NCBI GenBank assembly: GCA_903832855.1
Contig: CAILDB010000012.1
Coordinates: forward strand, 4,368-68,367
From: an uncultured bacterium
GTDB lineage: Bacteria; Patescibacteriota; Minisyncoccia; Phycocordibacterales; GWA1-40-21
Reading direction: 5' to 3'
DNA: 64,000 nucleotides
How positions within the stretch are numbered: position 1 is the stretch's first letter; each line of letters starts with the position of its first letter. A model generated the notes under the pieces. The model was not told the origin of the DNA. It worked only from the letters and a program-made list of their open reading frames with translations, and did not search any database. A program made the translations under genes and the position numbers. This document shows positions 1-7,504 of this stretch, piece after piece.

Positions 1-2
1 AA

Positions 3-938
3 AAAGGTAAAGATAGTAAAGATAAAGCTGACGAGGATTATGCCAAGAAAATTGGTGTGGAAAAGAAGGACTTGCAGGATTATAGGAAAATTGTGGAGGA
101 TTTAGAGAAAATAGTAAATCCTGAGACAGATGTGGGTATTATAGAAGAATTAAAAAATCTTTTTTCCAGAATTATTTCCAAAAGATTAAAACTAGCTCAA
201 GCACCAAAATATCCTGTAGATGAAGGGGACGAGCTTGTAGATCCGGCACAGCTTGTCGCAGATGTAAAATCAGGCAATCTTCAACCGAAGGTTTGGGAAG
301 ATACTGAAATAAAAGAAAAGAAAGGTGAAAGATTTGGCGAAGTGGAAATTACTCTTGTTTGTGACAGGTCTGGTTCAATGGCAGGTCAAAAAGCCGAGGA
401 GCAAAGAAAGTCCGCAGTTCTCGTAATGGAAGTTTTGAAAGAATTTGCTGAACTTTGTGAGGCGGAAAAGAGAAATATAGATAAACCGTTAGAAGTAAAA
501 TCAGAAATTTATAGTTTTGCCGGTAGTAGTGAAGATAAAAAACCAATAAAAGTAATGTCATCTGAATTAGGCGAGGGTGAGAGAATAAAGGTCTTCAAAA
601 CACTTTGCGATACAACTGGTCCAAGGACGACAGATTATGACTGTCTAGAAGCAATAGGTAATGTTTTGGACGATAAGATAAAAATTAGAATAAAAATAGG
701 GGAATTAAAAAAGATTGTTATTGTCTTTACAGATGGTGAGAGTAATAATCCTGGGGCAGTGCAAGTGCAATTAAAAAATCTAAGAGATAACGGGGTGATA
801 GCTATTGGAGTAGGAATTACGAGTGAAGGTGCACCTGTTTTGTCTACTTATGCACCAAATGCTTTGGTTGTGGAAGATGTGTCAAAACTCCCAATTATTT
901 TAGGCGAACTTTTGAGGGAACATTTGAAAGATTTGTAA
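3..938 (+). CDS. von Willebrand factor A (vWA) domain protein, 5' partial (the frame is open to the window start)
   Basis: MIDAS-like motif ITLVCDRSGSMAG, plus downstream TDGES and IGVGI elements typical of vWA. It is paralogous to the C-terminus of the 13116..15422 protein. No stop codon between position 3 and the first Met at 57. Confidence 0.6.
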   Translation, partial: KGKDSKDKADEDYAKKIGVEKKDLQDYRKIVEDLEKIVNPETDVGIIEELKNLFSRIISKRLKLAQAPKYPVDEGDELVDPAQLVADVKSGNLQPKVWEDTEIKEKKGERFGEVEITLVCDRSGSMAGQKAEEQRKSAVLVMEVLKEFAELCEAEKRNIDKPLEVKSEIYSFAGSSEDKKPIKVMSSELGEGERIKVFKTLCDTTGPRTTDYDCLEAIGNVLDDKIKIRIKIGELKKIVIVFTDGESNNPGAVQVQLKNLRDNGVIAIGVGITSEGAPVLSTYAPNALVVEDVSKLPIILGELLREHLKDL

Positions 939-980
939 TTCACCCTGTTAAATTATTTTAAATTTTGTTATAATAATACT

Positions 981-1994
981 ATGAATTTCGAATCCATCAC
1001 CCAAATGGCCAAAGCCACCAAATCACCAGAAAAATCTCCAAAACTGGAGAAACCCCAATCGGAACTCCGAGCTACTTTGGAACAAAGATTAAAATCTCTT
1101 AAACCCACCTTACAGGATGGAATAAAGGAATATGAACAAGCCTTGGAAAACGATGTTTTTGATGATGCCCCAGGTGAACCAGAAGGTACAGGCGAAAAGA
1201 GAAAGGAAGATATGCAAAGAAAACTTACTGATATGGCAGACAGAGCAGAAAAGATAAAAAACACACTAGACAGTGATAAACCTTTACCTCAATCAACTCC
1301 CGAAATCTCCACTACTTACACTCGTCCTGATGGTAAATCGGAAACCATCTCTCTAGACATTGAATCCAAACTTACAGATTTTCTTTCTTTCTACAAAAAA
1401 ACCAACATTGACTTACCACCAGACTTTGAAGACACCATCCGCGACATCTGGGAGAGAAATCAATCCGAGATTGAACAAGTAATTCAGAAGAATGGTTTTG
1501 ATGATATTCTTCTTATACCTGGCAATATTCCACTTGCTGATATTGCAGAAAAGTTGAAAATGGAAAATGGCAATTTCACCGGCTCAAACTTTGATGACGG
1601 TGGTGGTTTTGCCGGAGCAGTCAGCCAAAATACCGATAAACCTAGAATCATTCTTTTTCATAAAAAAACCTTACCAGAAGTCCAAGCAGAAACAGGTCTT
1701 GATGTGCACCTAAATATCACGGCAGGCGAGGCTTTGAAGTTGTTTAATAAAAATCCGGATGAACATATGACCTTAAATGATTTTATAATAATGGAAAGAA
1801 AAGTTTTTGAAGAATCGGGTGTCCATATCTCTGACTGGAATAAAAAAAGTGCTCAATGGTTGAACACCAAATCGGGCGCTCGCCTCGTCTGCGCGTACGG
1901 GGATCCTACCGATGCTGGGCTCGGCGTGGATGCGTTTGTTGACGAGTATCACTACGACAACCTAGGCCTTCGCCCCTCCCGCTGTTTCTTTTGA
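981..1994 (+). CDS. DGR-target-family paralog T3; C-terminal CLec-like domain ending GLRPSRCFF; diverged from the local TR
   Basis: Shares the conserved module (ISLDIESKLTDFLSFYKKTNIDLPPDFEDTIRDIWERN ... RIILFH ... MERKVFEESGVHISDW) and the C-terminal tail (..V.A.G....G.GV......D.G.RLSRCF) with the 15871..17850 and 20547..21650 proteins. The 3' end carries an IMH-like ctcccgcTgtttc. Confidence 0.6.
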   Translation: MNFESITQMAKATKSPEKSPKLEKPQSELRATLEQRLKSLKPTLQDGIKEYEQALENDVFDDAPGEPEGTGEKRKEDMQRKLTDMADRAEKIKNTLDSDKPLPQSTPEISTTYTRPDGKSETISLDIESKLTDFLSFYKKTNIDLPPDFEDTIRDIWERNQSEIEQVIQKNGFDDILLIPGNIPLADIAEKLKMENGNFTGSNFDDGGGFAGAVSQNTDKPRIILFHKKTLPEVQAETGLDVHLNITAGEALKLFNKNPDEHMTLNDFIIMERKVFEESGVHISDWNKKSAQWLNTKSGARLVCAYGDPTDAGLGVDAFVDEYHYDNLGLRPSRCFF

Positions 1995-2044
1995 TAAAGT
2001 AGATTGTAGCTTGAATTTTCTATTTTCTTTTATTTTTTAATTTT

Positions 2045-2076
2045 TAATGCCCCGCGTTCTGACGCGGGGCAGATTT
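2045..2076 (+). terminator. GC hairpin gccccgcgttctgacgcggggc followed by T-rich tract
   Basis: Perfect 8-bp GC stem immediately downstream of the 981..1994 stop. Confidence 0.5.
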
Positions 2077-2133
2077 TGAATTTTTTAAATTCCATTTGTA
2101 TTTTTTTATTAAAAATGTTATACTCTTATCTAT

Positions 2134-2367
2134 ATGGTAAATCGAATGCGACATAACAGATCCCAGAGGGGAAGTACAAGATCACATCACGCTTTAAAAG
2201 GTGTGAGACTTTCAAAATGCCCAGACTGCGGATTGCCTATTTTAAATCACAGGCTTTGTGCAAATTGCGGTAAATACAATGGCAAACAAGTAGTCAGTAA
2301 AGAAGTAAAAGTTTCAAAGAAAGTTACAAAAGGAAAAAAGGCAGAAAAAGTAACAAAAGCAAAATAA
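2134..2367 (+). CDS. rpmF: 50S ribosomal protein L32
   Basis: N-terminal RRSH-type motif (RSQRGSTRSHHAL) and a C4 zinc ribbon (CPDCG...CANCG). The true start may be Met at 2146. A TGTTATACT extended -10 lies just upstream. Confidence 0.7.
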   Translation: MVNRMRHNRSQRGSTRSHHALKGVRLSKCPDCGLPILNHRLCANCGKYNGKQVVSKEVKVSKKVTKGKKAEKVTKAK

Positions 2368-2429
2368 ATTTCGTGTAGTTTGGGTTGGGGTTTAGTTTTT
2401 TAACATTCACCCTAAAAAGGGCAAAATAT

Positions 2430-3326
2430 ATGGCAAACAGGCACCTTGCAAGATCAATAGTTTTACAAACTGCTTTTGAAAGTGATTTCAGGAGTCTTAC
2501 AAATGATGCTTCAATCTCTTCTCTAAAGAGAAATATTGCCGAATTTGGCGGGGGTCCGGATGACCTCTCTTTTGCTACGGCTCTTTTTTCAGGAGTGTGG
2601 GGCAAGAAAACCGAGCTGGATAATATTATTACCAAGGCTGCACCCGATTGGCCTTTGGAAAAGATTTCAATTGTGGACAGAAATGTCTTACGAATCGGAC
2701 TTTACGAGCTTCTTTTTTCGGATAGGAAAGAAGTTCCCGCAAAAGTTGCCATCAACGAGGCCATTGAAATTGCAAAAGCATTTAGTGGAGAAAAAAGTGG
2801 TGGATTTGTAAATGGAGTTCTAGGAACGGTTTACAAAGAGCTTGGTGAGCCGGGCAAGAATGAAGTTTCTCAGAAAAATAATAAAAATCTTCCGTTTGAA
2901 GAAATGCCAATTAAAAAACTTGTCGGTGCAGTAGTCTATGCACAAAAAGATGGTGATTTTTATCTTGCTTTTGTTCACGATGTTTTTGGTAAATGGACTT
3001 TGTCAAAAGGAAAGCTCACTGAAGGCGAGGAGCTCTATGATGGACTCAAAAGAGAAATAAAAGAAGAGCTCGGACTTGATATAAAAGCAGAAGATGAACT
3101 TCAATCAAACGAATACGTCGCAAATCATCCTCAAGAAGGAAAGATGCGAAAGCAAGTAAAATATTTTCTTGCAAAAGCAGACTTCAAAGATTTGAAACTT
3201 GGTGAAAGTGGAGGACTTGATGATGCAAAGTGGTTTAAAGTCAGTGAAATTCAAACACTAAATTTCTATGAAGACATCTTGCCAATTATCACAAAAGCGA
3301 TTACTATTCTAGGAAGCAGAGGATAA
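2430..3326 (+). CDS. nusB: NusB-like antitermination domain fused to a Nudix hydrolase domain
   Basis: N-terminus RHLARSIVLQTAFE resembles the NusB RRxAREhALQxLY motif. The C-terminus has a Nudix box GKWTLSKGKLTEGEELYDGLKREIKEELGL (GX5EX7REUXEEXGU). The ORF track start at 2385 is probably too far upstream. Confidence 0.6.
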   Translation: MANRHLARSIVLQTAFESDFRSLTNDASISSLKRNIAEFGGGPDDLSFATALFSGVWGKKTELDNIITKAAPDWPLEKISIVDRNVLRIGLYELLFSDRKEVPAKVAINEAIEIAKAFSGEKSGGFVNGVLGTVYKELGEPGKNEVSQKNNKNLPFEEMPIKKLVGAVVYAQKDGDFYLAFVHDVFGKWTLSKGKLTEGEELYDGLKREIKEELGLDIKAEDELQSNEYVANHPQEGKMRKQVKYFLAKADFKDLKLGESGGLDDAKWFKVSEIQTLNFYEDILPIITKAITILGSRG

Positions 3327-3338
3327 CACGAAAAAGAT

Positions 3339-3479
3339 GAAATCCCGTAGTAGAATTTCAAATCATTGCTTTTGTTTTTTAAAACGGGAATGTCAAATAA
3401 TGTCGATATTTATTAAACTTAATTAGAATCACAAATTGTATTTAGCAATAAAAACAATTTGAAATTTCACTACGGGATG
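3339..3479 (+). promoter_or_regulatory. 22-bp inverted repeat (20/22 matches) enclosing about 93 nt in the rnc 5' leader; candidate RNase III autoregulatory dsRNA site
   Basis: atcccgtagtagaatttcaaat (3342-3363) pairs with atttgaaatttcactacgggat (3457-3478). The 3' arm overlaps the rnc start codon. Confidence 0.4.
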
Positions 3480-4172
3480 AAAGATTTTACAAAATTTGAG
3501 GAAATTATAGGAATAAATTTTAGAGACAAGAATTTATTGAAACAGGCCTTTACACACAGGTCTTATTTGAATGAACACAAAGAGTCGGAAATCGTGCATA
3601 ATGAAAGATTGGAATTTCTCGGAGATGCAGTGCTTGAACTCATCGTTACAGAATATTTGTATACAAAATATCCGGATGAAACCGAAGGTAGTCTTACCTC
3701 ATATCGTGCAGCTCTCGTAAATGCAGAGACAATGTCAAAAGCTGCATCTAGAATAAATATGAATGACTTTCTTTTACTTTCAAAAGGCGAGTCAAAAGAT
3801 ACCGGTAGAGCAAGGCAAATCATTTTAGCAAATACAATAGAAGCACTTATCGGTGCACTTTTCCTTGATCAGGGTTATGAAATTGCAAAGTATTTTATTT
3901 CTAAAAATATTTTTTATTTGATAGACGACATTGTCTCGGCAAATACTTGGATGGATGCAAAGAGTAATTTTCAGGAAGCTTCTCAAGAAAATGAGAGCAT
4001 AACACCTCTTTACAAGACAATTAGCGAAGATGGCCCAGACCATGACAAAGATTTTACTGTTGGAGTTTATTTGGATGATGAATTGATTGCTTCCGGAGTA
4101 GGAAAATCCAAACAAGAAGCCGAACAAATCGCCGCGAAGCTTGCCCTCGAAAAAATGGGCTGGGATAAATAA
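3477..4172 (+). CDS. rnc: ribonuclease III
   Basis: Signature ERLEFLGDAVLE; C-terminal dsRBD (KDFTVGVYLDDELIASGVGKSKQEAEQIAA). Confidence 0.85.
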   Translation: MKDFTKFEEIIGINFRDKNLLKQAFTHRSYLNEHKESEIVHNERLEFLGDAVLELIVTEYLYTKYPDETEGSLTSYRAALVNAETMSKAASRINMNDFLLLSKGESKDTGRARQIILANTIEALIGALFLDQGYEIAKYFISKNIFYLIDDIVSANTWMDAKSNFQEASQENESITPLYKTISEDGPDHDKDFTVGVYLDDELIASGVGKSKQEAEQIAAKLALEKMGWDK

Positions 4173-4506
4173 AATGATAAAGCCGGAAGATTTAAAAGGG
4201 GCTTCTAGAGAAGTGGATTTAGAAATTGTAAGACAACAAAAAATTGTTGAGATTAACAGATTGTTGGGGTTATATTACGATAAGCTTGAAAAGGATGAAG
4301 TAACTGAACAAAAAGTTGACGAGAATTTGAGGAAACAAATTGAATTGGGCAAGGTCTTAGAATCAAAAGGGTTAGAACCTACAAATTATTTGTTTTGGCA
4401 TATTATGATTGGAAGTACTTTGCCACCAGGAATAAGTGAATCAGATATGGAATTCGATACACCAGAAGGCGATATTGAAAGACTGATAAGGGAAATTACT
4501 GTTTAA
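4141..4506 (+). CDS. hypothetical protein (start probably Met at 4174)
   Basis: ORF only; no recognisable motif. Confidence 0.3.
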   Translation: MPSKKWAGINKMIKPEDLKGASREVDLEIVRQQKIVEINRLLGLYYDKLEKDEVTEQKVDENLRKQIELGKVLESKGLEPTNYLFWHIMIGSTLPPGISESDMEFDTPEGDIERLIREITV

Positions 4507-4570
4507 TATTCTTTGTTTTAACTACTTAGATTTGCTACAATTATAGTGCGTAAAAGCGCGTTGATTAAAC

Positions 4571-6853
4571 ATGTATTTAAAAAGCATAGAAATAGCAGGG
4601 TTTAAATCTTTTAGCAAAAAGAGCTCTTTGAATTTCAATACTCCTATCTCTGCTATTGTTGGTCCAAACGGCTCGGGTAAGTCAAACGTTGCTGAATCTT
4701 TCCGTTTTGCACTTGGTGAACAATCCATCAAATCGCTTCGCGGTAAAAGGGCGGAAGACCTTATCTTCAACGGCGGTAAGGACGCGCCTAGAGCAAATCG
4801 TGCGAGTGTCAAACTTATTTTCAATAACGTTCAGAGAATATTAAATATTGACCACGACGAGGTTTCTATTGAACGTGTTGTAAATAGAGATTCTTCCAGT
4901 GAATATTCCATAAACGGCAGTCAGGTGAGGTTGAAAGATATTATTGAGCTCCTTGCGAATGCAAATATCGGTGCTTCCGGATATCAGATAATTTCTCAGG
5001 GTGAGGCAGACAAAATTCTTAATGCAAATATAAAGGAGAGAAGGGAGATGATAGAAGATGCACTGGGGCTCAAAATTTTTCAATACAAAAAAGAAGAAAG
5101 TGCGAGGAAGCTCGTGAAGACCGAAGAAAATATAAAACAGGTTGAGTCATTGCGAAGAGAAATTGCTCCGCATATTAAATTTTTGAAAAAACAGGTGGAG
5201 AAAATAGAAGGTTTAGTTTTGATGAAAGACAAACTTTGCGGAATGTATCACGACTTTTTCCGAAGAGAAGAAGAGTATATAAATTTTGAAAAAAAGACGA
5301 TTGCAGAGAATAAAGTTTCTCCGGAAAGCAAAATGCGGGAGCTTGATCACGACCTCACGGTCGCAAAAGAAACCCTTGCAAAATCAAACGCAAAAGACGC
5401 AAAAAGCGACAAAGTCATTGAAATAGAAGAAAAGCTGAAAGAGACGAGACAAAATAAAGACAATTTGATGCGAGATATTGGGCGAGTGGAAGGAGAAATT
5501 TCCTCAATTTTGCGATTGATAAGGAAGCACGAGGATGAAATGAAATCTCAGTCAGATAAAAAGGTGGAACTCTCATCTGTAGAAAATCTTTCCAAGTCCG
5601 TTGATTTAGAAATTACCTCAGCGGAAAAACTTTCCGATATTTCAGAAATTAAAAAAGTCTTCGTTTCTATCAGGAATGTTTTTGCTGAATTTATAAAAAA
5701 ATACGCAAATGAAGATGACGGTTCTGGGGACGATTTGAAAGACGAAGTCAAAAATCTTGAAGTACAGAAAAAAGAGCAGGAAGCCAAGCTATCTCTCATT
5801 AAACAGAGTGAGATTGAACTTTCCGAGCAGTATTCTTTTGTTAAAAGTGAAATTGAAAAAGAAAAAGATTCAAATAGAGATGCAGAAAAATCAGTGTTTC
5901 GAATTATTGCCGAACAAAATGAAATTCGTTCCATTCTGTCCGCGATCAGAAGCAGAGAAGAAAATTTGCGACGCGATGAAGATGATTTAAAAAAAGAACT
6001 TCAGGAAGCTTCAATTCTCGTAGGTGTTTCCGCACTCCACTTTAAAGATTTTTGGCCTACAAAAGAAAATGGCGAGCCGTTGACTTCCGATGAAATTGTA
6101 AAAGAAAATAGGGAAGTTCAGACCGAGAGAAAGCATGTAATGGAGAGAATTAAAATCCGCCTTGAGGATGCTGGGGTTGCCGGTGGGGATGATGTGGTCA
6201 AAGAATACAAAGAAACCACCGAAAGAGATGGGTTCCTTGGGCGTGAACTTGAAGACCTCGTGAAATCATCTGAATCACTCAGAAATTTAATAAAAGAACT
6301 TGATGAAAAAATTACAATAGAATTTCGAACTGGCGTGCAAAAGATAAACACCCAATTCCAAGAATTCTTCAGCCAAATGTTTGGTGGTGGAAATGCATCT
6401 CTCACGATTGTAAAAGAACAAAAACGCAAAAAATCAGATATGAATCTTGGTGTGGAAGATAGTGGGGAAGAAGTTACCGAAGAAAAAGAAGAAGAAAGTG
6501 AAGGACTTGATATTGAAGTTAGTTTACCAAAGAAAAAAATAAAAGGACTCATAATGCTTTCCGGTGGCGAGCGAGCTCTTACTTCCATCGCACTTATTTT
6601 TGCCGTGTCACAAGTCAATCCTCCACCATTTATTATTTTGGATGAGACAGATGCCGCTCTTGATGAAGCCAATTCAAAAAGATACGGCGATATGATAGAA
6701 AGCTTGGCAAAATATTCTCAGCTTATTCTCATCACCCACAACAGAGAAACAATGTCCCGCGCCGGCGTGATTTACGGAGTCACAATGGGCAATGATGGTA
6801 TCTCAAAACTCCTTTCCATTCAATTTGATGAGGCGGTGGCGGTGGCAAAGTGA
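4571..6853 (+). CDS. smc: SMC-family chromosome condensation ATPase, compact 760-aa form
   Basis: N-terminal head with Walker A (GFKSF...VGPNGSGKSNV). C-terminal signature LSGGERALTSIALIFAV, Walker B FIILDETDAALDEAN, and an ITHN D-loop. Coiled-coil middle; no obvious hinge. Confidence 0.7.
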   Translation: MYLKSIEIAGFKSFSKKSSLNFNTPISAIVGPNGSGKSNVAESFRFALGEQSIKSLRGKRAEDLIFNGGKDAPRANRASVKLIFNNVQRILNIDHDEVSIERVVNRDSSSEYSINGSQVRLKDIIELLANANIGASGYQIISQGEADKILNANIKERREMIEDALGLKIFQYKKEESARKLVKTEENIKQVESLRREIAPHIKFLKKQVEKIEGLVLMKDKLCGMYHDFFRREEEYINFEKKTIAENKVSPESKMRELDHDLTVAKETLAKSNAKDAKSDKVIEIEEKLKETRQNKDNLMRDIGRVEGEISSILRLIRKHEDEMKSQSDKKVELSSVENLSKSVDLEITSAEKLSDISEIKKVFVSIRNVFAEFIKKYANEDDGSGDDLKDEVKNLEVQKKEQEAKLSLIKQSEIELSEQYSFVKSEIEKEKDSNRDAEKSVFRIIAEQNEIRSILSAIRSREENLRRDEDDLKKELQEASILVGVSALHFKDFWPTKENGEPLTSDEIVKENREVQTERKHVMERIKIRLEDAGVAGGDDVVKEYKETTERDGFLGRELEDLVKSSESLRNLIKELDEKITIEFRTGVQKINTQFQEFFSQMFGGGNASLTIVKEQKRKKSDMNLGVEDSGEEVTEEKEEESEGLDIEVSLPKKKIKGLIMLSGGERALTSIALIFAVSQVNPPPFIILDETDAALDEANSKRYGDMIESLAKYSQLILITHNRETMSRAGVIYGVTMGNDGISKLLSIQFDEAVAVAK

Positions 6854-6860
6854 CATTTCC

Positions 6861-6892
6861 TAATGTCATCCCGGCGGAGGCCGGGATCCATT
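6861..6892 (+). repeat. family-1 palindromic repeat copy (tgtcatcccggcggaggccgggatccat)
   Basis: 8-bp GC stem atcccggc/gccgggat with a 4-nt loop. One of at least 10 copies in the window. Sits immediately after the smc stop. Confidence 0.8.
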
Positions 6893-6939
6893 ATTCTCTA
6901 ATAAAAAGCCCTTATTTTTAGCCATTTTCTGTAAAATGC

Positions 6940-6968
6940 TTGACAAAAAATATGAAAGGTGCTATACT
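6940..6968 (+). promoter_or_regulatory. sigma-70-like promoter TTGACA-N17-TGcTATACT
   Basis: Near-consensus -35, 17-bp spacer and an extended -10. Almost identical to the promoter at 38246-38274 (aggtgctatacttg). Confidence 0.45.
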
Positions 6969-7047
6969 TGAAGTAGGCTCGAAGTTAGGTTTATCGCTTA
7001 ACCTCAATCGGTACAAAAGTACCACAAGCGAAGAAAAAAGAGGAAAA

Positions 7048-7428
7048 ATGAAGAAGTTCCCATACAAGTTGGAGTATTGTCCGAATCCCAATGTTATTCA
7101 GATCCAAGCTCGCTCACGGTTCCCGAAACAGGGCAGTATGGATATACTGAATCTGCGACTCGGAGGTAAGGATCGCAAGCGTCACCCTCTCTATGTGGCG
7201 TTGAGCAAAATCAGTGGAATCGAGTCGGCATCGGCGACAGGTAGTGGTTACTGCCTTCAGGTCGCCAAGGCCAACGACCTGTTCTCATGGGATGAGATTC
7301 TGCCGAAGATTCTGGCTGCGATTCAGACTGCACTAGCAGGCAAGCGCCAGATGGCTCAGGTCGGTGAAGCAGTGCGTCCGAGCAGGGAGTATCTCATTGG
7401 ACTCCGGCTCCAGGGATGCGACGTCTGA
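7048..7428 (+). CDS. hypothetical protein in a GC-rich island (127 aa from the Met preceded by GAGG)
   Basis: The ORF track start at 6952 lies inside the promoter spacer. GAGG sits 4 nt before the ATG at 7048. The region is markedly GC-richer than its flanks. Confidence 0.35.
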   Translation: MKKFPYKLEYCPNPNVIQIQARSRFPKQGSMDILNLRLGGKDRKRHPLYVALSKISGIESASATGSGYCLQVAKANDLFSWDEILPKILAAIQTALAGKRQMAQVGEAVRPSREYLIGLRLQGCDV

Positions 7429-7504
7429 AGTATCAACAAGTCCATTTAGTGGGCGGAAAAAGTTTCCGCTTCCGAGAGTGGGCTTTTTCTTTTGCAAAAT
7501 TTAT

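Noticed and set aside
2324-2635. Minus-strand 103-aa ORF overlapping rpmF and the nusB start
   Set aside because: Antisense to two well-supported genes; low-complexity L/F-rich translation.
6940-7047. ORF track start at 6952 for the 162-aa ORF
   Set aside because: The ATG lies inside the 17-bp spacer of a near-consensus promoter (TTGACA..TATACT). A downstream Met at 7048 preceded by GAGG is the more plausible start.
6930-7500. Possibility that the GC-rich islands (6930-7500, 38280-38570) are RNase P RNA, tmRNA or SRP RNA
   Set aside because: I found no P4 (AGGAAAGUCCGGGC / ACAGAACCCGGCUUA), tmRNA tRNA-like end (GGUUCGAUUCC..CCA) or SRP domain IV (GGAAGCAGC) motifs. Both regions carry a Shine-Dalgarno-preceded ORF.
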